Source: Anaerolineae bacterium (GTDB lineage: Bacteria > Chloroflexota > Anaerolineae > Anaerolineales > Villigracilaceae). Taken from it: a DNA stretch of 64,000 nucleotides. This document shows positions 1 to 9,407 of the stretch, piece after piece. How positions within the stretch are numbered: position 1 is the stretch's first letter; every line of letters begins with the position of its first letter. The notes under the pieces are model-generated. The model was not told where the DNA came from, made no database searches, and saw only the letters and a program-made list of their open reading frames with translations. The stretch spans positions 10,037-74,036 of the forward strand of contig JBBITE010000011.1 in NCBI GenBank assembly GCA_037440905.1, given 5' to 3'. The position numbers and the translations under genes are program-made.

Positions 1-291
1 CAGGAAGGGCGCGAGCGCCGCGAGAGTCTCGTTTCGGGAACCGGGCGCAAAGTCGAAGCGCGAGCCGAATGTTTTCATCATTTTCATTTTTCTCCTCTCC
101 CGCAGGTGTTCGTGAAGGATCGCTTTCGGCAGGCCCATCAATTCACGCAAGATAACGCCTGCGAGTTCCATCCATCCCGTTTTCCTCGCATCATCGAGCG
201 ACAGGCTGAAAACGGCCTGCAATTCGTCGCCGTACTCTTCGCGATACGCTTTCGGAAACAGGCCCAAAAGCAAAGCGTACAAATTTTTCAC
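1..291 (-). CDS. PadR-associated membrane protein, N-terminal part (runs off window start)
   Basis: Not in ORF track. GTG start overlaps the PadR stop (GTGA) and the frame is open to position 1: MKNLYALLLGLFPKAYREEYGDELQAVF..., the 'LxPxxYRxxYGxE' N-terminus typical of proteins encoded after PadR genes. Confidence 0.75.
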   Translation of the reverse strand, partial: MKNLYALLLGLFPKAYREEYGDELQAVFSLSLDDARKTGWMELAGVILRELMGLPKAILHEHLRERRKMKMMKTFGSRFDFAPGSRNETLAALAPFL

Positions 292-638
292 ACCCCATCC
301 TCCCGCAAGCGCAGGCGCGCCTCCCTGACCATGCCCTCCAAACGGATCGTTTCCGCTTCGAGCACGCGCCTCCCCAGATCGGTGAGTGCATAGAACTTGC
401 GCGGCAAGCCCGGACCCGCATCCTGCTTCTCGTCCGAGAGGCGTTCGATCAACTCCTGGTCCAGCAGGCGGCCAATCGCCGTGTACAACGTGCTGGTACT
501 TAAGTGGACGCGTTCCCCGCTCAACTCTCTCACGTCCTTCATAATAGCGTAGCCGTGTTTTTTGCCGGGCGCGAGACTCAATAAAATGTAAAACGTCGGT
601 TCGGTAAGAGGCAGGTAAGAGATGGGATCTGTCGACAT
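288..638 (-). CDS. PadR-family transcriptional regulator
   Basis: 116 aa; LTEPTFYILLSLA..KHGYAIMK..TLYTAIGRL..RKFYALTDLGRRVL wHTH signature. Confidence 0.95.
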   Translation of the reverse strand: MSTDPISYLPLTEPTFYILLSLAPGKKHGYAIMKDVRELSGERVHLSTSTLYTAIGRLLDQELIERLSDEKQDAGPGLPRKFYALTDLGRRVLEAETIRLEGMVREARLRLREDGV

Positions 639-659
639 GGTTTATCTTGTCAGTCTTTG

Positions 660-707
660 ATATGTCGTTACATGATATATAGTACTCCCGTCACTCTTTT
701 CTGTCAA
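660..707 (-). promoter_or_regulatory. sigma70-type promoter of padR with putative autoregulatory inverted repeat
   Basis: Minus strand TTGACA (707-702), 17-bp spacer, TACTAT (684-679); imperfect inverted repeat ATATGTCGT-TAC-ATGATATAT at 660-680 covering the likely start site. Confidence 0.6.
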
Positions 708-825
708 TGATCGGATTACCGGTGATTACACCCTGGTCGTAGAGCGCATGCGCGGCGTCGAATGCGCCCCGCCGGTTTAAAGAACGTTGCCCTGCGCATT
801 GTGGGCAATCACCAGCAGCACCTCA

Positions 826-853
826 TTGACACTTCTCCCCCTTCGGGTATAAT
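826..853 (+). promoter_or_regulatory. consensus sigma70 promoter upstream of tRNA-Lys
   Basis: TTGACA (826-831), 16-bp spacer, TATAAT (848-853). Confidence 0.8.
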
Positions 854-913
854 ACCGTGCGCATACAGGCTGGCTGAAAGATGTATGGGATTCTGTCAGC
901 ACGCCGCTCTTAC

Positions 914-985
914 GGGTCCGTAGCTCAATGGCAGAGCAAGCGCCTCTTAAGCGTTAGGTTCTCGGTTCGACCCCGAGCGGACTCA
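914..985 (+). tRNA. tRNA-Lys (anticodon CTT), CCA not encoded
   Basis: Cloverleaf: acceptor GGGTCCG/CGGACTC, D-arm GCTC..GAGC, anticodon loop CT-CTT-AA (CTT 946-948), T-arm CTCGG-TTCGACC-CCGAG. Confidence 0.95.
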
Positions 986-990
986 TCCCC

Positions 991-1048
991 TCAGGGTCCA
1001 ACACCTGCAATTCCTGCCCGCTTCAGGTGTTGGACCCTGACGTTTTAT
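991..1048 (+). terminator. 17-bp perfect hairpin after tRNA (terminator or REP-like element)
   Basis: TCAGGGTCCAACACCTG (991-1007) / CAGGTGTTGGACCCTGA (1024-1040), followed by CGTTTTAT. Confidence 0.6.
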
Positions 1049-1065
1049 CATGTACCCCAACGCTT

Positions 1066-1851
1066 ATGAATCAACAAACGCTGTTTACACGCCTGCTGCC
1101 CGCTCTGCCTGAAGGAAGGATTGTTGATATTGCCGTTGGTATCCATTGGACAGCGGTGCTTGCCGAAGTCAATGGCAGCCTGCATTGCGGCTTATCTGCC
1201 ACGCTCGACGGAGATGCGCAGCGCGCCTCCACCATTCCAGACCTGCCTCTCGCTAACCGCCTTTCCGAACTTTCCATCCGCGAAGCGACCGAACTCGTCT
1301 TTTCCCCTCACCCTGCCGAAGTCTCCGTAGGGATGGCAGCGGTCAACGCGCTCCTGCCGCCTCATCCCGAACTGTGGATTGACCTGCATTCAAAAGATGT
1401 GCTTGCCCGCCTTGGCCGCGGCAAGACCGTCGTCATGGTTGGGCATTTCCCATTCGCCGACGAACTGCGCTCGCAGGTGGGACGCCTGTTCGTGCTGGAA
1501 CAAAACCCGCGCGCCGAAGACGACCTGCCCGCCGAAGCCGCGCCGCACGTCATACCGCAGGCTGACCTCCTCGCAATTACCGCCATGACGCTGCTCAACC
1601 GCACCTTCGATGAACTGGCTGCCCTGTGCCGTCCCGCTGTGCCGATGGTCATCATCGGCCCCAGCACCCCCCTTTCTCCTCTGCTCTTCGAGGCAGGCGC
1701 AGCGGTTCTTTCCGGCGCTGTGGTGGAAGATCATCAGGCGGTTCTGCGCGGAGTTAAAGAAGGCGCCAATTTCCGTCAGTTGCGTAAAATGGGGGTGAGG
1801 CTGGTTTCCATGACAGCCGATCCCGCTTTGCGAAGCCGCCTGCGTGACTAA
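1066..1851 (+). CDS. DUF364-family (Rossmann-like, putative metal-chelation) protein
   Basis: VAVGIHWTAV, MAAVNALL, VVMVGHFPF, VLEQNP, AITAMTLLNRTFDEL, IIGPSTPLSP pattern; ATG 1066 preferred over the TTG at 1027 inside the hairpin. Confidence 0.8.
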   Translation: MNQQTLFTRLLPALPEGRIVDIAVGIHWTAVLAEVNGSLHCGLSATLDGDAQRASTIPDLPLANRLSELSIREATELVFSPHPAEVSVGMAAVNALLPPHPELWIDLHSKDVLARLGRGKTVVMVGHFPFADELRSQVGRLFVLEQNPRAEDDLPAEAAPHVIPQADLLAITAMTLLNRTFDELAALCRPAVPMVIIGPSTPLSPLLFEAGAAVLSGAVVEDHQAVLRGVKEGANFRQLRKMGVRLVSMTADPALRSRLRD

Positions 1852-1884
1852 GCGGCTTCGACAAGACGACTTCAGGTGTGCAGC

Positions 1885-2397
1885 ATGACTGTTTCCTGGT
1901 ACGCGATGCGCAGCAAGCCCAACAAGGAAGAATTCCTCGCCGGTCAACTTCAGGCATACGGTGTAGAAGTCTTTCTGCCGCTTTTGCATGTCAAGCCGGT
2001 CAATCCGCGCGCGCGGCGCTTTCGTCCTTATTTCCCCAACTATCTATTCGTACACGTGGATTTGGAGCAGGTCAACATTTCCGACTTGAACTGGATGCCG
2101 GGCGCCTCGGGGCTGGTCAGTTTTGGAGGAGAACCCGCTTCTGTGCCAGACCTGCTGATTGCCGCCCTCAAAAAACAGATCGAACACTACAACGCTTCTC
2201 TGCGCGATGAACACAGCGGCTTTCAGCGCGGCGATGTTATTCTCATCGAAGACGGTCCTTTTGCGGGGTATGAAGCGGTCTTCGATGTATACACCTCCGG
2301 GCAGGAGCGCGTGCGCGTGCTGCTCAGTCTGCTTCAGCGTAGGCAAATGCCGGTTGAAATTCCGACCAGGCATGTTCGTCGTGTGAAGCGTTCTTGA
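1885..2397 (+). CDS. NusG-paralog transcription antiterminator (RfaH/UpxY/LoaP-like; NGN+KOW)
   Basis: WYAMRSKPNKE..VEVFLP..PYFPNYLFVH..PGASGLVSFG NGN domain; GDVILIEDGPFAGYEA KOW; RVRVLLSLL. Confidence 0.9.
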   Translation: MTVSWYAMRSKPNKEEFLAGQLQAYGVEVFLPLLHVKPVNPRARRFRPYFPNYLFVHVDLEQVNISDLNWMPGASGLVSFGGEPASVPDLLIAALKKQIEHYNASLRDEHSGFQRGDVILIEDGPFAGYEAVFDVYTSGQERVRVLLSLLQRRQMPVEIPTRHVRRVKRS

Positions 2398-2550
2398 AGA
2401 TGATCTAATAACCCAAAAGTCATGGGGAGGCTGCGTCCTTGAAAGCCGTGTAACTTTTATTTTTTCGAGGCGTCATGGGAATGCTCGACGATATTTAATT
2501 CTTTATTTTTGACCAGTTGTTTCTCTGCATAAGCGGAGGGAGATGAACGC

Positions 2551-4065
2551 ATGAGCATTCGTACTGAAGTGGAAAAATTTCACTTGGTTGCTGTCTCGAA
2601 GAAAATCAAAAAAGCAAACGAATTGATCCCCCGCCACATGCAATGGCTTGTGTATGTGATGGTGCTGATCCTTTCGGATGCTTTGATGACGTTCTTTGCG
2701 TTTTTGCTGGCGTATTATCTGCGTTTCAACGCTGAATTCCTTGCCTGGCTTTTCAACCAGGATGCGCAGGTTTCCTTCAAAACCTACAGCATTTTGCTCT
2801 ACTCCATGCCTTTTCTCTGGCTGGTGATCTTTGCCATGAATGGGCTGTATGCCAGAGATAACCTGCTGGGCGGCACGCAGGAATATGCGCGTGTGTTTCG
2901 CTCGATTGTGACCGGCTTCCTGCTGATCATCTTTGCCGGCTTTGTGGATACGACATTGTTCATCGCGCGCGGCTGGCTGTTCATGGCGTGGGGCTTGAAC
3001 TTCCTTTTTGTTGCCAGCGCCCGCTTTTGGCTGAGGCGCGTGGTGTATGCGCTCCGCAAATATGGGTTTTTCCTCACCCCGGCGGTTATCGTGGGCGCCA
3101 ATCAGGAAGGACGCTGGCTTGCCGAGCAGCTGCTGAAATGGGAGACCTCCGGCTTGCATCTGGTCGGCTTTGTGGATAAGAAGACGCCCGCCACCTTCCC
3201 TCTTTTCCACGACCTTGTATCGCTGGGAACCGTGGAGCAGCTGGGCGAAATCATCGAGCGGTATAACATTGGCGAGGTCATTCTGGCCTCCAGCGCCATT
3301 TCCACGCGCGATTATCTGCTGGAGATTTTCCGCAAATACGGCGTTTCGGATAAAGTCAACATCCGCATGTCCTCCGGCTTGTACGAAATTCTCACCACCG
3401 GCTTGACGGTCAATGAATTTGCTTACGTGCCTCTTGTGTACGTGAATAAAGTGCGCCTGACCGGTTCTGATACAATCCTGAAGTTTCTGCTGGACTATGT
3501 GCTGACGCTCGGCTTGTTGCTCCTCCTTTTGCCGCTGCTGCTGGTGCTGGCGATCCTGGTAAAAGTAAGTTCACCAGGACCCATCATTCACAAACGGCGG
3601 GTGATGGGGTTGAACGGCAAACAATTCTATGCCTACAAGTTCCGCACCATGGTCATCAACGGCGACGAGGTGCTGGCGCAGCATCCTGAATTGCAGGAAG
3701 AACTGGCGCGCAACCACAAGTTGAAGAACGACCCGCGCGTTACCCGTATTGGCGCCTTTTTGAGAAAGTACAGCCTGGATGAACTGCCGCAACTGTTCAA
3801 CGTCCTCAAACGGGAAATGTCGCTGGTTGGGCCGCGTATGATCTCACCCGAAGAAGTTGCCATGTACAAACAGTTCGATATGAACCTGCTCACAGTGCTG
3901 CCGGGCATCACCGGCGTCTGGCAGGTGAGCGGGCGCTCAGATATTTCCTACGAAGAGCGCGTGCGGCTGGATATGTATTACATCCGCAATTGGAGCATCT
4001 GGCTCGACCTCCAACTTCTCTTTCAAACCATCCCTGCAGTTCTCAAGAGCCGTGGGGCATACTAA
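2551..4065 (+). CDS. polyprenyl-phosphate sugar-1-phosphate transferase (WcaJ/WbaP-like initiating enzyme)
   Basis: N-terminal TMs, CoA-binding-like IVGANQEG domain, C-terminal KFRTM, DPRVTRIGAFLRKYSLDELPQLFNVL, SLVGPR, PGITGVWQVSGR. Confidence 0.95.
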   Translation: MSIRTEVEKFHLVAVSKKIKKANELIPRHMQWLVYVMVLILSDALMTFFAFLLAYYLRFNAEFLAWLFNQDAQVSFKTYSILLYSMPFLWLVIFAMNGLYARDNLLGGTQEYARVFRSIVTGFLLIIFAGFVDTTLFIARGWLFMAWGLNFLFVASARFWLRRVVYALRKYGFFLTPAVIVGANQEGRWLAEQLLKWETSGLHLVGFVDKKTPATFPLFHDLVSLGTVEQLGEIIERYNIGEVILASSAISTRDYLLEIFRKYGVSDKVNIRMSSGLYEILTTGLTVNEFAYVPLVYVNKVRLTGSDTILKFLLDYVLTLGLLLLLLPLLLVLAILVKVSSPGPIIHKRRVMGLNGKQFYAYKFRTMVINGDEVLAQHPELQEELARNHKLKNDPRVTRIGAFLRKYSLDELPQLFNVLKREMSLVGPRMISPEEVAMYKQFDMNLLTVLPGITGVWQVSGRSDISYEERVRLDMYYIRNWSIWLDLQLLFQTIPAVLKSRGAY

Positions 4066-4096
4066 AATTCACTGAACAAAAGGAAACACAAAAAAT

Positions 4097-5032
4097 ATGG
4101 CAAAAATTCTCGTCACCGGCGGCGCCGGCTTCATTGGTTCGCATGTAGTGGATTTGTTCCTCGAAAAGGGATATGAAGTTGTCATCCTCGACGACCTTTC
4201 CACTGGGCGCGAATCCAACCTCAACCCGCGGGCCAAGTTCTACAAAATGGACATTCGCAGCCCGCAAGTGCGCAGCGTCTTCGAAGCGGAAAGGCCGGAT
4301 TACATCAGCCACCATGCCGCGCAAATGGACGTGCGTCGTTCGGTTGCCCAGCCCTTGTTCGATGCCGATGTCAACATTTTGGGTTCCATCAACCTGATCG
4401 AATGCGCCAAGGAATTTGGCGTCAAGCACTTCGTCTACATCTCCACCGGCGGAGCCGTCTACGGCGAACCGGAATACGTCCCCTGCGACGAAGCGCACCC
4501 CATCAACCCCATCTGCCAGTATGGCGCCAGCAAACATACCGTCGAGCATTACCTGTTCATGTACCACGTCAATTACGGGTTGAACTACACCGTGCTGCGT
4601 TATCCCAATGTGTACGGTCCGCGGCAGGACCCGCACGGCGAAGCGGGCGTGGTAGCCATTTTCACCGGCAAAATGCTGGCGGGCGAACCCGTCACCATCA
4701 ACGGCGACGGCGAACAAACGCGCGATTTCGTCTATGTGGGCGATTGCGCCTACGCCAATTACCTCGCCGTCACCGTTGAGCATCAGCCGGGCATCTACAA
4801 CATTGGCTGGGGACGCCCCACCTCCGTCAACGACATCTTCCGCACCCTGGCAAAAGTGACCGGCTATCCCTTGCAGCCTAACTACGGTCCAGCCAAAGTC
4901 GGCGAGACGCGTCACATCTACCTCGAAGCCGGCAAAGCCAAACGCGAACTGGGCTGGACCCCCACCCTCTCCCTGGAAGAAGGCCTCGAAAAGACCGTAG
5001 CCTACTTCCGCGAATCGGAGCGAATCGCTTGA
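4097..5032 (+). CDS. NAD-dependent epimerase/dehydratase (GalE-like extended SDR)
   Basis: [44 protein letters not shown]. Confidence 0.92.
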   Translation: MAKILVTGGAGFIGSHVVDLFLEKGYEVVILDDLSTGRESNLNPRAKFYKMDIRSPQVRSVFEAERPDYISHHAAQMDVRRSVAQPLFDADVNILGSINLIECAKEFGVKHFVYISTGGAVYGEPEYVPCDEAHPINPICQYGASKHTVEHYLFMYHVNYGLNYTVLRYPNVYGPRQDPHGEAGVVAIFTGKMLAGEPVTINGDGEQTRDFVYVGDCAYANYLAVTVEHQPGIYNIGWGRPTSVNDIFRTLAKVTGYPLQPNYGPAKVGETRHIYLEAGKAKRELGWTPTLSLEEGLEKTVAYFRESERIA

Positions 5033-6009
5033 TCATCGTTCAGACTCCACTCCGCATCAGTTTCTTTGGCGGCGGCACCGACTTCCCCTCCTACTTTATG
5101 GAAGAGGGCGGCTGTGTGTTAAGCTCCGCCATTGATAAATACATCTTCCTCAGCATCAAGCAGCGCTTCGATGCCAAACTGCGCATCGGCTACACCCGCA
5201 CTGAAATGGTGGATGAGGTTGACCAGATTCAACACGAACTGATTCGGGAAGCCCTGCGCGTGACCGGCATCAAAAGCGGAGTGGAGATCACCACCATGGG
5301 CGACATTCCCTCCGAAGGTTCGGGGCTGGGCTCCTCCAGCACCGTCACCGTCGGCGCCCTGCATGCCATGTACGCCTACCTCGGCGAAATCGTCTCTGCC
5401 GAACGTCTGGCGCGAGAAGCCTGCACCATCGAAATCGTCACCCTCAAAAAACCCATCGGCGTTCAGGATCAATACATCGCTGCCTATGGCGGGCTGCGCT
5501 TCATGGAATTCATGCCGGATGGCGAAGTGCGGGTGGAAAAAATAAACATCTCCACCGACGCGCGGCGCGCCCTGAACGACAACTTCCTGCTCTTCTTTAC
5601 CGGCGTCAGCCGCAAGGCAGATAACATCCTCAGCGAACAAAAGAGCAACATCAAAGACCGCCTGACCGAACTGCGCGAAATCAAACACATGGCGCATCAG
5701 GCGCGCGCCTACCTCGAAGCCGAAAACTTCGACGCTCTGGGCGAACTCTTGCACCAATCCTGGGAACTGAAAAAACGACTGGCTGGCACCATCAGCAACG
5801 GACAGATCAACGAAATGTACGAAGCGGCGCGCCGCGCCGGCGCCATTGGCGGCAAAATCGCCGGTGCGGGAGGCGGGGGGTTTCTTTTGTTGTACGTACC
5901 TTACGAACGTCAGAACAAAGTCCGCGCCGCCTTAAGCGGCCTCCAGGAACTCCCCTTCCGCCTCGAAGCAGATGGGACCAAAATCATTTTCAATTACCGT
6001 CGTTCATGA
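5029..6009 (+). CDS. hddA: GHMP kinase, D-glycero-alpha-D-manno-heptose-7-phosphate kinase-like
   Basis: [48 protein letters not shown]; adjacent to gmhA/gmhB. Confidence 0.8.
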   Translation: MIIVQTPLRISFFGGGTDFPSYFMEEGGCVLSSAIDKYIFLSIKQRFDAKLRIGYTRTEMVDEVDQIQHELIREALRVTGIKSGVEITTMGDIPSEGSGLGSSSTVTVGALHAMYAYLGEIVSAERLAREACTIEIVTLKKPIGVQDQYIAAYGGLRFMEFMPDGEVRVEKINISTDARRALNDNFLLFFTGVSRKADNILSEQKSNIKDRLTELREIKHMAHQARAYLEAENFDALGELLHQSWELKKRLAGTISNGQINEMYEAARRAGAIGGKIAGAGGGGFLLLYVPYERQNKVRAALSGLQELPFRLEADGTKIIFNYRRS

Positions 6010-6023
6010 AAGGATGGTCAGTT

Positions 6024-6635
6024 ATGGAACCCCTCCAGCGTTATCTTTCTGCCTTACAGCACACCATGCAAAAACTGCCGCAGCCCCTTATCGCCGAAGT
6101 CATCTACACCCTTCAGCGCGCCCGCATGCAGGGGAATCAGGTCTTCATCATGGGCAATGGCGGCTCCGCCTCCACCGCCTCTCACTTCGTCTGCGACCTT
6201 GCCAAAAACACCCGCCACACCGGCCTGCCTCACTTCCGCGCCATCGGCCTGGCAGACAACATGGAAATCTTCTCCGCCTACGCCAATGACGAAGGCTACG
6301 AAAATGTCTTCTCGCAGCAGTTACTCAACCTCGTCAAACCCGGCGACATCGTCATTGCCATCTCCGCCAGCGGCAACTCCAAAAACGTCGTCAATGCTGT
6401 GGAAGAAGCCCGTAAATGCGGCGCCTTCACCATCGGCTTCACCGGCTTCAGCGGCGGGCGCCTCGGTCAAATCGTGGACCTGCACATCCACGTCGAAAGC
6501 GACATCATCGAACACGTCGAAGATATCCACCTCATGCTCGAACACATGATCGTCCGCACCATCAAAGACCAGCCCTATATTGGCATCAACCTGCAGGCAG
6601 AAGCAAAACTCCCTGCCGAAGTGCTGGGAGATTAA
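6024..6635 (+). CDS. gmhA: phosphoheptose isomerase (SIS domain)
   Basis: [52 protein letters not shown] 6024 follows AAAGGA RBS. Confidence 0.88.
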   Translation: MEPLQRYLSALQHTMQKLPQPLIAEVIYTLQRARMQGNQVFIMGNGGSASTASHFVCDLAKNTRHTGLPHFRAIGLADNMEIFSAYANDEGYENVFSQQLLNLVKPGDIVIAISASGNSKNVVNAVEEARKCGAFTIGFTGFSGGRLGQIVDLHIHVESDIIEHVEDIHLMLEHMIVRTIKDQPYIGINLQAEAKLPAEVLGD

Positions 6636-7186
6636 CCCTCCTCCCTCAGCACAACCTCCATCGCCTGCGCCAGATCGTTACAAACCACATACCCGCTCAC
6701 CCCCGGCGGCTGAGGCAAAGCCAGTTGTTCTGCGCCCCGCCCCGTCCGCAACAGAATCGTTCCGCGCACACCCGCCGCCTGCCCCGCCTGCACATCGCTC
6801 CACGCATCGCCGATCATCCATGAACGTTTCAAATCCAACGATAACTCCCTTGCCGCCTGCAGCAATAACCCCGGCTTCGGCTTGCGGCATTCGCATTCCT
6901 CCTGCGGGCTGTGCGGGCAAAGATACACACCATCCACCCTGCCCCCCTCCGCGCGGATCAAACGCACCAGGCGGTCATTGATCTCCTCCGCCTGCTTCAG
7001 CGAAATGATCCCGCGCCCCACCGCCGACTGATTGGTCACAATCACCACCTTGTATCCATCCAGCCGCGCCAGCCTCAGCGCATCCAGCGCCTGCGGAAAC
7101 ACACTCACCTGTGACCACTCCCGCACATAGTCGGGCCGATTTTCAATCAACACGCCGTCACGATCAAGAAAAATAGCAGGAAACAT
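6632..7186 (-). CDS. gmhB: D,D-heptose-1,7-bisphosphate phosphatase (HAD)
   Basis: [29 protein letters not shown]; convergent with gmhA, stop codons overlap (TTAA). Confidence 0.9.
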   Translation of the reverse strand: MFPAIFLDRDGVLIENRPDYVREWSQVSVFPQALDALRLARLDGYKVVIVTNQSAVGRGIISLKQAEEINDRLVRLIRAEGGRVDGVYLCPHSPQEECECRKPKPGLLLQAARELSLDLKRSWMIGDAWSDVQAGQAAGVRGTILLRTGRGAEQLALPQPPGVSGYVVCNDLAQAMEVVLREEG

Positions 7187-7192
7187 GGCGAC

Positions 7193-7198
7193 ATTATA
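7193..7198 (-). promoter_or_regulatory. -10 box implying a leaderless gmhB transcript
   Basis: TATAAT on the minus strand ends 6 nt before the gmhB ATG; no Shine-Dalgarno; no clear -35. Confidence 0.5.
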
Positions 7199-7401
7199 CT
7201 CTTCGGAATTTTCACCCAGGCGAACTTTCTCCCCTCACAAGGCTTGACCCGCCCTGGATGCCACATGACAACACGGGACGCTCCGCCTCACCCTTACCCG
7301 CAGCCTGCTCCTGCTTCACTGGCTGGAGACGCCCTGCAGCATATCTGCCCGCCCGCTCAACCGCACCCTGTCGGAATGGCGGAGCACGCCTAAAACACAA
7401 C

Positions 7402-8148
7402 ATGCTCGAAAAACTACACCTCTACATCCGCCGTCAGGCATCCTCCATTCCGCGCTACATGTACGAACAGACCATCCTGTTCCTCTTCGGCTGGATACCC
7501 ACCCTGCTCGGCATCGGTCTGCGTGCGCTGGCGTACCGTCTCATCCTGCGCATGGACGGTCTCGCCGCCATTGAAAAAAACGTCCGCCTGCGCTTCGCCA
7601 ATTACATCAAACTTGGTCGCGGCGTTTACATAGATGAAGGCGCCTACCTGCATGCCTGCCCGCAAGGCATCGAAATTGGCGACAACACCATCGTCATGCA
7701 CGGCGCCGTGCTGCATGTGTACAACTTTCGTAATATGCCGCACTCCCGCATCACAATCGGAAAAGACAGCCTCATCGGTGAATACTCCGTCATTCGCGGG
7801 CAGGGCGGCGTGACCATCGGCGACCGCGTGTACACCTCCCCTTTCACCCAAATCATCGCCGTCAACCACGTTTTCGACGACCCCAGCCGCCCCTTCGTCG
7901 AGCAGGGAATCACGGCCGAGGGCATCGTCATCGAAGATGACGTCTGGCTGGGAGCCGGCGCGGTGATTACCGATGGTGTCCGCGTGGGCAAGGGAGCGGT
8001 AGTGGCGGCGGGCGCGGTTGTCACCAAAGACGTTCCCCCGCACACGGTGGTGGGCGGCGTGCCAGCCAAACCAATCAAAAACATGGACGGGAGCATCAGC
8101 AACCCTGAGAGAAAAATTTTTCATACAACGAAGGATGGAGGCTTATGA
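7402..8148 (+). CDS. left-handed beta-helix O-acyltransferase (WcaF/LacA-like)
   Basis: Hexapeptide repeats ([28 protein letters not shown]), [30 protein letters not shown] 7402 preferred over 7258. Confidence 0.9.
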   Translation: MLEKLHLYIRRQASSIPRYMYEQTILFLFGWIPTLLGIGLRALAYRLILRMDGLAAIEKNVRLRFANYIKLGRGVYIDEGAYLHACPQGIEIGDNTIVMHGAVLHVYNFRNMPHSRITIGKDSLIGEYSVIRGQGGVTIGDRVYTSPFTQIIAVNHVFDDPSRPFVEQGITAEGIVIEDDVWLGAGAVITDGVRVGKGAVVAAGAVVTKDVPPHTVVGGVPAKPIKNMDGSISNPERKIFHTTKDGGL

Positions 8149-9341
8149 CGATCTTATCTGTGGTCATTCCCGCATACAACGAAGAAAACGGCATCAAACA
8201 AATTGCCGAACGCGTGCTTGCCGTCGAACCGGCGCTCAAAGCGGTGGGCATCGAACGCCTGGAACTGCTCGTCGTGGACGACGGCTCGAAAGACAAAACG
8301 GCTGAAGTCGCGGCGGGCATCCCCGGCGTCACCCTGATTCGCCACCCCAAAAATCGAGGTTATGGCGCGGCGCTGAAGACCGGCTTCTCTAAAGCCAGCG
8401 GCGAATTGATTGGCTTTCTGGATGCCGATGGCACCTACCCGCCGGAATACTTCCCCCAACTATGCCAATCGGCCCTCAACGGCTCGGAACTGGTCATCGG
8501 CTCGCGCATGGCAGGCGCCGACAGCAAAATGCCCCTCACGCGCCGCATCGGTAACTTCTTTTTTGCCAACCTGCTCTCGCTTCTTGGCCGCCAAAAAGTG
8601 ACCGACAGCGCCAGCGGCATGCGCGTTTTCAAACGTGAAATCCTCGAACAAATCTACCCCCTGCCCGATGGCTTGAACCTGACCCCGGTCATGAGCACGC
8701 GCGCCCTGCACGAAGGCATTCGCGTTGTCGAGGTCCCCATCCCCTACAGCGAACGTGTCGGGCGCTCCAAACTCAGCGTCATCCGCGATGGTCAAATCTT
8801 CCTGCAAAGCATGTTGTGGACTGCCATGTCCTACAACCCGGTGCGCATCCTCGGCCTGGTGGGCTTGGCGGGCTTTGGCATTGCCGGGTTGATCTTTTTG
8901 TGGCTGCTTACCCTCCGCCTCAACGGCGTGACCACCCTCGGACCCGGCGGGGTGCTCGCCCTGTTCACTGCCATGGTTGCCTCCATCGCCGGGCTGAATA
9001 TCTTTGCCCTGGGCGTCACCTTCAATTACCTGGTTTCGTTGTTCTACAAGCGCCCCATCCGCCAGGGATTGTTCGGCAAACCCATCTTCAAAACGCCCCT
9101 CGACCGGCAGTTCGGCTGGATGGGCATCGCCTCCATGCTGCTTGGGTTGATTGTGGCGGTGACATCCTTTTTGTTGAGCATGAACGGCTGGGCAATTGAC
9201 CGCTTGTGGTTCTACCTGCTGGGGAGCGCCATGCTCTTTCTGGCAGGCATTCAACTGTTCATCTACTGGCTGTTGCTGCGCATTCTCGAAGAACTTAGCC
9301 AGCGTGAAGTCCGCACCAGGCATGATATGGGCCTGGCGTAA
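8145..9341 (+). CDS. GT2 glycosyltransferase, polyprenol-phosphate glycosyltransferase (DPM1-like) with C-terminal TMs
   Basis: [54 protein letters not shown]; about 4 C-terminal TM helices. Confidence 0.9.
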   Translation: MTILSVVIPAYNEENGIKQIAERVLAVEPALKAVGIERLELLVVDDGSKDKTAEVAAGIPGVTLIRHPKNRGYGAALKTGFSKASGELIGFLDADGTYPPEYFPQLCQSALNGSELVIGSRMAGADSKMPLTRRIGNFFFANLLSLLGRQKVTDSASGMRVFKREILEQIYPLPDGLNLTPVMSTRALHEGIRVVEVPIPYSERVGRSKLSVIRDGQIFLQSMLWTAMSYNPVRILGLVGLAGFGIAGLIFLWLLTLRLNGVTTLGPGGVLALFTAMVASIAGLNIFALGVTFNYLVSLFYKRPIRQGLFGKPIFKTPLDRQFGWMGIASMLLGLIVAVTSFLLSMNGWAIDRLWFYLLGSAMLFLAGIQLFIYWLLLRILEELSQREVRTRHDMGLA

Positions 9342-9407
9342 TTGTTTCAATCAATCGGTAATTCAGAGAAGATATTTCGTTTAGAGAGTATAGAAGGAGA
9401 GAATACA

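Noticed and set aside
914-1040. tRNA-Lys as attachment site of a genomic island
   Set aside because: No integrase, no duplicated tRNA 3' end in the window, and no GC shift at the boundary.
2420-2447. c-di-GMP-I riboswitch-like GGACGCAGCCTCC on the minus strand
   Set aside because: Lacks the GCAAA spacing and the upstream GGCAAAC/GAAA elements, and is on the wrong strand.
1852-2550. RfaH ops/JUMPstart element
   Set aside because: No GGCGGTAG-type match near the antiterminator gene.
5029-7186. Interpreting the heptose genes as LPS inner-core synthesis
   Set aside because: The kinase is GHMP/HddA-type, not HldE; no waa, kds or lpx genes in the window.
7265-7393. 42-aa Pro-rich ORF upstream of the acyltransferase
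   Set aside because: No RBS or recognisable motif; expected by chance in GC-rich DNA.
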